Source: Candidatus Micrarchaeota archaeon (GTDB taxonomy: Archaea; Micrarchaeota; Micrarchaeia; Norongarragalinales; SBBD01). Taken from it: DNA of 32,820 nt. The stretch is taken from contig JBDRLB010000072.1 of assembly GCA_043813365.1 (NCBI GenBank), positions 1-32,820 on the forward strand, read 5' to 3'. The translations under genes and the position numbers were made by a program. The notes under the pieces were generated by a model. The model was not told the DNA's origin, made no database searches, and saw only the letters and a program-made list of their open reading frames with translations. This document shows, in pieces, positions 9,323 to 17,995 of this stretch (within the stretch, counting starts at the first letter, position 1; each line of letters opens with the position of its first letter).

Positions 9323-9834
9323 TTTTTACCACTTTGCGGAGCCCAAATCAAGTCTCCTTTCAGATTGTAAACCGGAAACTTGAACTTCGTCAAAATTTTC
9401 AAAACCATTTTGTGCGCATTATTCTCTGGCTCATTTTCAGGGATACAAACAGCCAATATGTCCCTTGGAGGAACCCTAAACTTCATGGAGAAATGAACCT
9501 CCCCCTTTGTTTTTTTTCTTGGTCTTATGATAAAACTTATAACGGGATTGATAGAAATGAGATGGAGAAGCTCGGCCTCCGCATTCCTGCGAAACATATA
9601 CACGTTCTTATTTGATTCGTAGTCATAGTCCCAACCATATCTTAATGCGCCCGGGGCTAATTTTATCCCTATTCTTCCGGCTAGTGCTTGAGAGAGCAAA
9701 CCACGGGATAAAATACTACGAAAAAAATCAATTTGTTTCAAACCCAGTTGATGAACATATACTTCGCCATGAGTACTGATGAATTCGCCCAACTTTCGCG
9801 GAGGTTGTTTCTCTAAACGATCGCCCATATTCAT
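9319..9834 (-). CDS. Orphan protein, possible ADP-ribosyltransferase fold
   Basis: 171 aa, AT-rich. Starts 1 nt after the glmS stop and overlaps the HAD start (ATGA). H..SILSRGLLS, VYMF and GEV...VPPRDILAV motifs. Confidence 0.6.
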   Translation of the reverse strand: MNMGDRLEKQPPRKLGEFISTHGEVYVHQLGLKQIDFFRSILSRGLLSQALAGRIGIKLAPGALRYGWDYDYESNKNVYMFRRNAEAELLHLISINPVISFIIRPRKKTKGEVHFSMKFRVPPRDILAVCIPENEPENNAHKMVLKILTKFKFPVYNLKGDLIWAPQSGKK

Positions 9835-9835
9835 T

Positions 9836-11617
9836 TCACTTTACAGTTACGCTTTTTGCGAGGTTGCGGGGCTTGTCCGGGTCGTAGCCACGGAGAACCG
9901 CAAGATGGTATGCGAGAAGCTGCAAGGGGATGACGGAAAGCAACGGGTAGAAATCCGGCTCCGCATCCGGAATTTCAAGCAGCTCGTCGTAAACGGGATT
10001 GCTTTCATTGCTAACTGCAATTATCCTTGCACCCCTTGCTTTTGTTTCCACCTCGTTGCTCAGAGTCTCATGGAAGAGGTAATCCCGGGGGCTGATTGCG
10101 ATAACGGGGGTGTTTTTTTCTATGAGTGCAAGGGTGCCGTGCTTCAGCTCCCCAGCTGCCATGCCTTCCGCGTGGATGTAGGAGATTTCCTTCATCTTCA
10201 GGCTGCCCTCAAGCGCTATCGGGTAATTGATGCCCCTGCCGATGAAATAGACATCATGCACCCCTTTGAGGGAGGCAGCCAATTTCTGGGTTTTTTCGGC
10301 ATTAATATCCATGGCGATTTTCATCAGCGCAGTAATTTCGGACAATTTTTTCCTGCCCTCCTCAAGTTTCCCGTTCAATGCGAATGCGATCTGGTAGAGG
10401 ACGCTCAGCTGGCAGACGAATGCCTTGGTGCTTGCGACTGCGATTTCGGGGCCTGCATTGATGTAAACCGCTTTTTCGCTCGCGCGGGCAATGGAGCTTC
10501 CCTGCACATTTATGATGGAAAAAACCCGCGCGCCCTTTGATTTTATCGTCTTGATCGCATTGAGCACGTCGGCAGTCTCCCCGCTTTGTGAAATTGCAAT
10601 GACGAGCGAGTTTTTCTGCAGGCTTGTTTCCAAATAGGGGAATTCGGACGCGTTGATGACATTCACATGCTTCCCCGCGACCTTGTCCAGCAGGTATTGG
10701 CCGGCCATTGCGGCGTGAAGCGCCGTGCCGCACGCGATCAGCATAACTCCCTGTGCGGAATGAATTGCCTTTGCAAACTCCTCAACAGCCCCGTACGGCT
10801 GCTGCAGGGAATTTTTCAGCGCCTGGGGCTGCTCGAAAATCTCCTTCAGCATGTAATGCGCAAACATCCCCTTGTCAGAAGAGGAAGCGCTCCAATTGAT
10901 TTTTGAAATTTTCTTGATGACGGGCTTCCCATCCGAAATGCTGAAAACGGAAAATGAGTTTCCCTCAATTACGCCATATTCCCCATCATCGAGGTAAATC
11001 ACTTCGTCAGTATGCTTCAGCAGGGGCATGGAATCGCTCGCAGCGAACATTTTCCCGTTCGCCTTCCCCAAAATCAAGGGGGATTCGTTCTTCGCAAAAA
11101 ATACCTTCCCCTTCTCCTCCGAAAAAATCACCAGGAGAGCATAGGAGCCCTTGAGCATTTTCAATGCGGATGAAAACGCGTCTTTTGGCGCCAATCCCTT
11201 TTCCCTGAAATCCTCAATCAAATGGGCAATGACTTCGGTATCCGTCTCGGAAGTAAATTTATGCGATTCACCGAGCGATTTCTTCAGCTCCTGAAAATTC
11301 TCGATTATCCCGTTGTGCACAACCGCTATCTTCCGGTTGCACGAGAGCTGCGGATGCGCATTGTTTTTTGTGACGCCGCCGTGGGTTGCCCATCGGGTAT
11401 GGGATATTCCAGAAAATCCATAGATGTCCGAGAGGTCAACTGCCTTTTCAAATGCATCGAGGGAGCCCACCTGCTTTTCAATGCGGAAATCGCCGCCGTT
11501 CGTTACGGCCATGCCGGCGGAATCGTACCCGCGGTATTCGAGCTTTTTGAGCCCATCAAAAAGCAATTTGCCCGCATTCTCCTCCTCAGCCGAAACGAAT
11601 CCGATTATCCCGCACAT
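9836..11617 (-). CDS. glmS: Glutamine--fructose-6-phosphate aminotransferase
   Basis: N-terminal MCGIIG, LEYRGYDSAG, HTRWATHG, HNGIIEN, SQSGETAD and C-terminal PRNLAKSVTV. Confidence 0.98.
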   Translation of the reverse strand: MCGIIGFVSAEEENAGKLLFDGLKKLEYRGYDSAGMAVTNGGDFRIEKQVGSLDAFEKAVDLSDIYGFSGISHTRWATHGGVTKNNAHPQLSCNRKIAVVHNGIIENFQELKKSLGESHKFTSETDTEVIAHLIEDFREKGLAPKDAFSSALKMLKGSYALLVIFSEEKGKVFFAKNESPLILGKANGKMFAASDSMPLLKHTDEVIYLDDGEYGVIEGNSFSVFSISDGKPVIKKISKINWSASSSDKGMFAHYMLKEIFEQPQALKNSLQQPYGAVEEFAKAIHSAQGVMLIACGTALHAAMAGQYLLDKVAGKHVNVINASEFPYLETSLQKNSLVIAISQSGETADVLNAIKTIKSKGARVFSIINVQGSSIARASEKAVYINAGPEIAVASTKAFVCQLSVLYQIAFALNGKLEEGRKKLSEITALMKIAMDINAEKTQKLAASLKGVHDVYFIGRGINYPIALEGSLKMKEISYIHAEGMAAGELKHGTLALIEKNTPVIAISPRDYLFHETLSNEVETKARGARIIAVSNESNPVYDELLEIPDAEPDFYPLLSVIPLQLLAYHLAVLRGYDPDKPRNLAKSVTVK

Positions 11618-11719
11618 ATGAATCACGAAGGAAGAAGAGACGCAAACGAGGTTTATAAGCCTTTCTAAATTATTCGTATGGATTTATTAATTTTTTCATA
11701 ATAGTAATAAATGATTTGA

Positions 11720-12619
11720 ATGAAGGGAAAGCTGGTTGTGGAATCAAAATCGCTGGAGAGCGAGATCATAGACCAGAGGCAGCTTTCCATATTATCCGAG
11801 GAGCGCATCAAAATACTGAAAATGCTTTCAAAGGAGCCGAAATATCCCGCCGAGTTGGCGCGGGAGCTGAAAATGCCCGTCCAATCGCTGTATTACCACT
11901 TCAAGCAGCTGGAAGGGGCGAAATTGATCGAATTGGAGGGGTATTCGGAACAACGCGGGGCGATTGCAAGGAAATACAAATGCAATCTCGAGGCGCTAAG
12001 CGTAGTAATAAGGGAGCACTGGCACCCCTTTTCATCAGCTGCTTTCAAGAAGCCCCCGGCATTCATCCAGAATTTCATTTCAGGAAGCCATTTCGAGGGG
12101 AAAATCGTTCTGGGATCGCCTGACCCGCACGGTAAATTCAGGGCGAGGGCGTCGGAATTCTGCGCATCGGAATTCGCAATGTTCCTCGGGAATTATGCGA
12201 CTTTCGATTACCCGCTTTATTTGCTGGACACGGAGCTGAAGGAAAGCCACCGGAAGGGGAATTTGGTGCTCTTTGGCGGGCCGAAGGTGAACATGCTGAT
12301 AAATGAGATCAATCCGTATTTGCCCATCTATTTTGAGGAGAAGGCATTCGGCATTTCAAGCAAATTATCCGGCAAGAAATACACGGAGAATTTCGGCGTG
12401 ATCGAGCTCATCGAGAACCCGTTCGCGAAGGGGAAGAAAATACTGGTGCTGGCAGGAAGCGACCATGAGGGCACGAGGGCAGCAGTGCTTACCCTGCTGA
12501 AGGAAAGGGATAAAATCGAGAAGGGGAATAATTACGACGGGAAGCAGCTTGCGAAGGTTGTGCAGGGCTTCGATGACGACGGGGACGGGATAGTTGATGC
12601 GGTTGAGATATTGGAATGA
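11720..12619 (+). CDS. ArsR-like wHTH transcriptional regulator with a large C-terminal domain
   Basis: ERIKILKML..YPAELARELK..SLYYHFKQLE HTH; GSPDPHG and GGPKVN motifs; terminal DDDGDG. Divergent from glmS. Confidence 0.8.
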   Translation: MKGKLVVESKSLESEIIDQRQLSILSEERIKILKMLSKEPKYPAELARELKMPVQSLYYHFKQLEGAKLIELEGYSEQRGAIARKYKCNLEALSVVIREHWHPFSSAAFKKPPAFIQNFISGSHFEGKIVLGSPDPHGKFRARASEFCASEFAMFLGNYATFDYPLYLLDTELKESHRKGNLVLFGGPKVNMLINEINPYLPIYFEEKAFGISSKLSGKKYTENFGVIELIENPFAKGKKILVLAGSDHEGTRAAVLTLLKERDKIEKGNNYDGKQLAKVVQGFDDDGDGIVDAVEILE

Positions 12620-12726
12620 TTTGTAATTAGAAGGGTAGAGGCGACACGAGTAGGGGAACTAGTTCCCCTAGAGGTGTCGATGACGACGGGGACGGGATAG
12701 TTGATGCGGTTGAAATTTTGGAGTGA
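12570..12726 (+). repeat. 50-bp direct repeat of the regulator's 3' end (12570-12619 and 12677-12726)
   Basis: 47/50 identical. The differences GAG>GAA, ATA>ATT and GAA>GAG are all synonymous in the DDDGDGIVDAVEILE* frame. Confidence 0.95.
12632..12679 (+). repeat. 48-bp palindromic (REP-like) element, copy B
   Basis: AGGGTAGAGG-CGACAC-GAG-TAGGGGAACTAGTTCCCCTA-GAG-GTGTCG. Perfect 20-bp core palindrome at 12651-12670. Confidence 0.9.
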
Positions 12727-12730
12727 GAGC

Positions 12731-13405
12731 ATGCATTTTTCTGTCAATGGAAAAAAGGGGGTATACGTAATTAATTTGGGTCCGCATTCGGAACCCATAT
12801 CAATACCCGAAAAAATATCGGTTGCTATCGTAGAAGCAATATTGCCCGCAAAATACCACACCGAATTGCAGCGGAGGATAAATGAAGGGGAAGCGGACCC
12901 TAGGCTCAATAGGATGTTTAGCGATCCTGCAAATAGGAAAAAGGAAATCTGGCTTTCGGACGTGCACTCCACCGCATTTTCCTATTTTAAGGGATTGCTC
13001 CTCGATAGCCTGAAACTCTGGGAAGTCAACCCCGTTTCCATGAATCCCAAATCGGAAAAACGCAGGAGAATCTCCAGCTGGATGGAACGCAGGCTCCTGC
13101 CGACAATTTGGGGAGCGGGAAGGAGTGCTTACATTGCTGCAGGTGCCGAAGGCTATATTTCCGATCACGTTAGGAGGCAACAGAAGCTTCCCGAAAAGCC
13201 CCTCATTTGGATTAATATGGGCAACAAGCATGCCGCAATCGCGGAATACTTGAAAAAACCGGAAGAAGCGAGGGAATTCATTTTGAAAAGGGAAAAAAGG
13301 TTCAGGAGGAATTTCAGGGATGTTGGCATGATTTATAGGTGCACGTACAAAGATCATCTAAGGCGATGGGTTGTCGAGCCCCACCAATTTAATTTAGGAA
13401 AGTGA
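12731..13405 (+). CDS. Orphan protein, possible TraB/TIKI/EreA-like hydrolase fold
   Basis: ATG 12731 follows GGAGTGA. Motifs NLGPHS, AIVEA, GRS and WINMGNKH. The stop overlaps the next GTG. Confidence 0.55.
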   Translation: MHFSVNGKKGVYVINLGPHSEPISIPEKISVAIVEAILPAKYHTELQRRINEGEADPRLNRMFSDPANRKKEIWLSDVHSTAFSYFKGLLLDSLKLWEVNPVSMNPKSEKRRRISSWMERRLLPTIWGAGRSAYIAAGAEGYISDHVRRQQKLPEKPLIWINMGNKHAAIAEYLKKPEEAREFILKREKRFRRNFRDVGMIYRCTYKDHLRRWVVEPHQFNLGK

Positions 13406-14172
13406 GCTATATGGATATAAAATTCGCATGCATTGTGGGCGGAGTGGAGAACATTTATCCGGGGAAAACGGCAGTAATGGTGGTGCTGGGAGGGTCGGAG
13501 CTGAAGACGGAGTTCGGTTTCTTCGGTCCGCTTGCGATACCGGCGGAGGATTGCTCCGAAATGGCCGTTGAGTCCATGGTTGCGCATTTGAACTCCCAGA
13601 AGGCGAACAACGATGCGGTTGTGATAACCGGCTCGGAGCCGCTGCAGCAGATGGAAGCGGTATTCTCAGTTTGCCAGCAGCTGAAGGAAAAGGGGTTTGC
13701 GGTAAAGATCGAGACTACCGGCTTTTACGCGGATCACCTTGAAAAGATACTTCCGCTCGTCGATTATGTCGCCATGGATTTGAAAACCGAATTCGATGCG
13801 GACAAGCTTGCCGCCCTTACGGGTTTCCGGGGGGAGCCAGCTACGCTGATGCAGGATACATTGAGGAGCATAGGGATACTGAAAAACTACAAGGAAAAAA
13901 AGCCGGAATTTCAAGTGGAGTTTCGGACTACGATAATACCCAAAGTCAATGATACCGAGGAGATAATTGAGAAGATGGCCAAGGAAATCCCTTTTGCGGA
14001 TGTTTACGCATTGCAGCAGTTCATTGCAGAATCGAAACTCGCGGATCCGGAATTGAGGAAGCTGGGAACGACTTCCAAACCTCTTATGATCCAGCTTGCG
14101 GTTATAGCGAAAAAATACGTTAAAAAGGTTGTTGTCCGTACAAAAGATGAGGGGGAGCAGGAAGTAGAATAG
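13402..14172 (+). CDS. Radical-SAM glycyl-radical activase (NrdG/PflA-like) homolog lacking CxxxCxxC
   Basis: YPGKTAVMV, VVITGSEP, VKIETTG, DYVAMDLK, EFRTTIIP and YALQQF match anaerobic RNR-activase-like proteins. The cysteine motif reads SELKTEFG. Start is GTG 13402 or ATG 13411. Confidence 0.8.
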   Translation: MSYMDIKFACIVGGVENIYPGKTAVMVVLGGSELKTEFGFFGPLAIPAEDCSEMAVESMVAHLNSQKANNDAVVITGSEPLQQMEAVFSVCQQLKEKGFAVKIETTGFYADHLEKILPLVDYVAMDLKTEFDADKLAALTGFRGEPATLMQDTLRSIGILKNYKEKKPEFQVEFRTTIIPKVNDTEEIIEKMAKEIPFADVYALQQFIAESKLADPELRKLGTTSKPLMIQLAVIAKKYVKKVVVRTKDEGEQEVE

Positions 14173-14194
14173 TTTTTTTAAAGTGGGTGTGGGA

Positions 14195-15349
14195 ATGGAA
14201 AACTTGAAGGAAAAAGCACTAGAGCTTCACCGCAGGACGAAGGGAAAAATCACCATAATGCCAAAAGTCGCCGTGACAAACAGGGAGCAGCTTTCGCTTG
14301 CGTACACTCCCGGTGTTGCCGAAGCGTGCTTGGAAATAAAGCGGAAGCCGGAGGAAATTTACAATCTCACTGGGAAGGGGAATCTCGTCGCAATAGTCAC
14401 CGATGGGACAGCTGTTTTAGGGTTGGGGGACATCGGGCCGGAAGCTGCACTTCCCGTAATGGAAGGGAAGGCGGTGCTGTTCAAGGAATTTGCGGGCATT
14501 GATGCGTTCCCCCTGTGCCTGAAAACCAAGGATGTTGATGAGATTGTCGACACAGTTGTGCGCATATCCCCGGTTTTCGGCGCAATCAATCTGGAGGACA
14601 TTTCCGCCCCACGTTGCTTTGAAGTGGAGAGGAAGCTCAAGGAAAGGCTGGGGATTCCGGTGATGCATGATGACCAGCATGGAACCGCAATCGTTGTGCT
14701 CGCAGCGCTGAAAAACGCATTGAAACTGGCGAAAAAGAAAATTGACGAGGCAAAAATAGTCGTGAACGGCATTGGGGCGGCGGGCACCGCAATTTCCTAT
14801 TTGCTGCTTGCTGCGGGGGCCAAAAACATCATCCTTTGCGACAAGCGGGGGGTGGTGGAAGAGGAAAGCTTTGATGATGCACACCGGAAAACACTCATAA
14901 AAAAAACCAATCCGGATAAAGTGGCCGGCGGATTGGAGGAAGCCTTGAAAGGGGCAGATATTTTCATAGGCGTTTCGGCAGCGAATATCGTTTCAAAGGG
15001 GATGATTGCCAGCATGGCTGGAAAACCCATTATATTTGCAATGGCAAATCCGGACCCCGAAATATTGCCGGATGAGGCGAGAAAGGCCGGCGCATTCATC
15101 GTAGGAACAGGTAGAAGCGACTTCCCCAACCAAATCAACAACGCGCTGGGTTTCCCGGGCATTTTCAGGGGGCTTCTGGATGCAAGGGCAACTGAAATCA
15201 ACGAAGGAATGCTGCTTGCTGCTGCGGAAGCACTGGCAAAATGCATAAAGGAGGAGGATTTGAAGCCGGATTACATCATACCTTCCCCTTTTGACAAATC
15301 GGTTGTGAAGGGCATTGCAAAAGCAGTTATGGAATCTGCGAAAAAGTAA
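14195..15349 (+). CDS. NAD(P)-dependent malic enzyme
   Basis: LSLAYTPGVA, TDGTAVLGLGDIG, INLEDI, HDDQHGT, GIGAAG and GRSDFPNQINN motifs. Confidence 0.96.
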   Translation: MENLKEKALELHRRTKGKITIMPKVAVTNREQLSLAYTPGVAEACLEIKRKPEEIYNLTGKGNLVAIVTDGTAVLGLGDIGPEAALPVMEGKAVLFKEFAGIDAFPLCLKTKDVDEIVDTVVRISPVFGAINLEDISAPRCFEVERKLKERLGIPVMHDDQHGTAIVVLAALKNALKLAKKKIDEAKIVVNGIGAAGTAISYLLLAAGAKNIILCDKRGVVEEESFDDAHRKTLIKKTNPDKVAGGLEEALKGADIFIGVSAANIVSKGMIASMAGKPIIFAMANPDPEILPDEARKAGAFIVGTGRSDFPNQINNALGFPGIFRGLLDARATEINEGMLLAAAEALAKCIKEEDLKPDYIIPSPFDKSVVKGIAKAVMESAKK

Positions 15350-15375
15350 TTTTTTTGGTTTAGGGGGGAGCGTCA

Positions 15376-16152
15376 CTATAATATTTGGGGCATGCTGCGC
15401 TTGTGCCCGCTTTTCCCATTGAGCTCGGCGATGCGCTGGACTTTTTCAGCCTTGAAATAATTTTCCAGCTTATCCCAGCCCAATTTAAGGTCGAAATGTG
15501 CGCACAAAATTTTATCTATTTCCGAATAAGTAACTCCGATTTCCTTCTCATCCGTCTGGCCTTCCCACATGCCCGCGCTGGGAACCTTGTTTATTATGTG
15601 CTCGGGGAGGCCGCTCAATTTGGCCATTTCCCAAACTTGCGTTTTGTAATAATTCCCGATCGGGAGCACATCGCATCCTCCGTCGCCGAATTTTGTGAAA
15701 TACCCGAGCAGCAATTCGGTGCGGTTGCCGGTGCCGATAACGAGGCCCTCATGCATATGTGCAAACGTGAACAGTGCCATCATGCGGGCACGTACCCTGA
15801 TGTTGCCGGAAGCTATTCGCGTGCTCGGCTTGTAAGTATCGGTGAGCGTATCCACCGCCCTGCGGATATCTATTTGCTTGAAGTTGGCGCCAAGCATTTT
15901 TGCAAGGTTTTCCGCGTCGCGCCCATCCCTCTCGTTTTGAACATAGGGAAGATGGTACGCAAAAACGTTTTGGGGCCCGAGCGCTTTGCATGCAAGGTAG
16001 CACACAAGGGCCGAATCAACTCCGCCGGAAATTCCAATGACCGCCTTCTTTTTCCCTGCTCCATGGAAATATTTCCTGATTGAGGAAACTAGCTGCTGCT
16101 CATCCTTTTTGGAAACGGCGAATTTTTTCTTCAGCGCTGCATCAAGGTCCAT
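15376..16152 (-). CDS. nadE: NH3-dependent NAD+ synthetase
   Basis: GISGGVDS, GNIRVRARM, GTGNRTE, GYFTKFGDG and PSAGMWEGQTDE motifs. Start taken at MDLDA, with TTTTATAA upstream. Confidence 0.96.
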   Translation of the reverse strand: MDLDAALKKKFAVSKKDEQQLVSSIRKYFHGAGKKKAVIGISGGVDSALVCYLACKALGPQNVFAYHLPYVQNERDGRDAENLAKMLGANFKQIDIRRAVDTLTDTYKPSTRIASGNIRVRARMMALFTFAHMHEGLVIGTGNRTELLLGYFTKFGDGGCDVLPIGNYYKTQVWEMAKLSGLPEHIINKVPSAGMWEGQTDEKEIGVTYSEIDKILCAHFDLKLGWDKLENYFKAEKVQRIAELNGKSGHKRSMPQIL

Positions 16153-16263
16153 TGAAGGTGTAAGGGCGGGCCGGTTATAAAATGTTGCTAAAAAGTCGTC
16201 ATCTGTGCGGGGGCAGGACTGGCAAAAAGCAGGGGAAGGGCGCGGGAAGCAGGGGCGCATTTC

Positions 16264-17265
16264 CTATCCTATTGCCGCCTTCAGTATCAGGAAGGTAACA
16301 GCGCCGCAAATTGCCGTAACGGGTATTGTAAATAACCATGCAAAAAGGATCTGGCGTGCGATCCCCCAATGCACCGCAGAAGTGCGCCGAGTGAGGCCAA
16401 CGCCGCCAATGGAGCCCGCAATAACGTGCGTAGTGCTCACGGGAATGCCAAAAATGGTGCAGCCGATAATCGTTGCTGCCCCGGCGGTTTCCGCGCAGAA
16501 GCCCTGGATGGGCCTAAGTTTGGTGATCTTCATTCCCATCGTCTTGATGATTGTGGAACCGCCGGTGAGCGTCCCCACCGCTATAGTAAGATGGGAAATT
16601 ATCACGACCCAGAAGGGCACGTAGAATTCAGAACCGAGCAGGCCGCCGCTGAACAGCAGGATGGATATGATGCCCATCGTCTTCTGCGCATCATTCGTCC
16701 CATGTCCGAGGCTGTACACGGATGCTGAAATCAGCTGGAGCTTGCGGAAATAATCGTTGATATGGGAGGGAGTAATGCCTCGCACCACCCACAATATGAT
16801 GGCTGAAAAAACAAGCGCGCCGATCATTCCGAGAAGGGGCGCGATGAAGATGAAGGAGAGGACCGTAAACATGTTGGTTAATTGGATCGCAGACGTGCCT
16901 GCCCCCACGATGCCCGCTCCGATCAGGCCCCCGATCAACGAATGGCTGGATGAAACGGGCATGCCTATGAAGGCGGTCCAGTATACCCAGATTATCGCGC
17001 CAACAAGTGCGGAGAGTACCATTACGGGCGTAACTGCAGTGGGAGTCACAAGCCCACTGCCTATTGTATGCGCGACTGCGGTGGTAAAAACGAAAGCCGC
17101 AATAAAATTGAAAAATGCGGAAAGTGCAACTGCCTGGCGCAGTGTCAGGACGCCAGTAACGACTACTGTTGATATCGCATTGGAGGCATCATGCATGCCG
17201 TTCCCGAAATCAAATGCCAATGCCAACAATATGCCGATAACGACAATTGTGAACGGGTCAAGCAT
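16264..17265 (-). CDS. Inorganic phosphate transporter, PiT family
   Basis: GMHDASN, PVSSSH, GHGTNDAQK and PVSTTH signatures; multiple TM helices. Confidence 0.96.
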   Translation of the reverse strand: MLDPFTIVVIGILLALAFDFGNGMHDASNAISTVVVTGVLTLRQAVALSAFFNFIAAFVFTTAVAHTIGSGLVTPTAVTPVMVLSALVGAIIWVYWTAFIGMPVSSSHSLIGGLIGAGIVGAGTSAIQLTNMFTVLSFIFIAPLLGMIGALVFSAIILWVVRGITPSHINDYFRKLQLISASVYSLGHGTNDAQKTMGIISILLFSGGLLGSEFYVPFWVVIISHLTIAVGTLTGGSTIIKTMGMKITKLRPIQGFCAETAGAATIIGCTIFGIPVSTTHVIAGSIGGVGLTRRTSAVHWGIARQILFAWLFTIPVTAICGAVTFLILKAAIG

Positions 17266-17899
17266 TTTTTACCACAATCCCTTCAATCAGCACTGCGACC
17301 GCCTGGCAATTGTCGGAAATTGCCTCGGTGGTTTCGAAGATGTCCTTGAACTTGATCACTTCGATTGGATCAGTGCCTTCCTTGAATAAGTCCCTAATTG
17401 CTTCTGCGAAAACAGCATCAGCTTCCTCCTCCAGGTCATGGATTTTCACCAGAAGGCCCTTGACCTTCCCATGGTTCCTTAGCTGCTTAATCGCCTCATT
17501 GACCTCGAGTACCGAGGTTATTGCCACATCCACCTGCTTTACAAGCACCTCGGGGATCTTGCGCACATTGAATACGAGCAGCTTCCTAGAGACGTTATCC
17601 AGGTAATCGATTTGGTCATCAAGCAGCACTGTTAGTTCGTGGATGTCCTCCCGGTCAATTGGCGTGATGAAGGATGAATGAAGCTTGTCAATAATTGCAT
17701 GGGTTTCCCGGTCGCCGCGGTGCTCAAGCTCATGGATGACCCTGATACGCCTGTGGCGCTCCTCCTGGGAAAGGGAATTGTATTTATGGACCAGATCGCC
17801 GAGCTCCTTTGCAGTCAAGACGCTCGTTTCGGTCTGTTTAAGCAGCATTTCGTAAAATTTCTCCTCCTTGGGGAGGAAGAAATCAATAACTCGGGACAT
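17258..17899 (-). CDS. DUF47 / PhoU-like phosphate transport regulator
   Basis: LEHRGD, FITPIDREDI and LEEEAD motifs; overlaps the PiT start. Confidence 0.93.
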   Translation of the reverse strand: MSRVIDFFLPKEEKFYEMLLKQTETSVLTAKELGDLVHKYNSLSQEERHRRIRVIHELEHRGDRETHAIIDKLHSSFITPIDREDIHELTVLLDDQIDYLDNVSRKLLVFNVRKIPEVLVKQVDVAITSVLEVNEAIKQLRNHGKVKGLLVKIHDLEEEADAVFAEAIRDLFKEGTDPIEVIKFKDIFETTEAISDNCQAVAVLIEGIVVKNA

Positions 17900-17995
17900 G
17901 GGTTTTTTAGTGAAGAATAGGTTAAAAAGACGGATGGATGATGGGAAAAATATGCCATTCCACGAGGAGGGGCCAGGGTAGGATCGGGAAAAATC

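Noticed and set aside
9779..10540. Long antisense ORFs (also 15385-16083, 16757-17389, 28335-28934)
   Set aside because: They shadow well-supported genes on the opposite strand and show no recognisable motifs.
8567..12679. The hairpin element as an integron attC site or CRISPR repeat
   Set aside because: Copy B has GAC/GTC instead of AAC/GTT, the loop is symmetric rather than single extrahelical bases, and there is no repeat-spacer array, integrase or cas gene.
12617..12726. Stop readthrough adding a second DxDxDG tail to the regulator
   Set aside because: The repeat period is 107 nt, so the duplicate is out of frame. Readthrough meets TAG at 12698-12700.
16153..16260. N-terminal extension of NadE (MRPCFPRP...)
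   Set aside because: It spans a TATA-like TTTTATAA and has no NadE-like character; probably intergenic.
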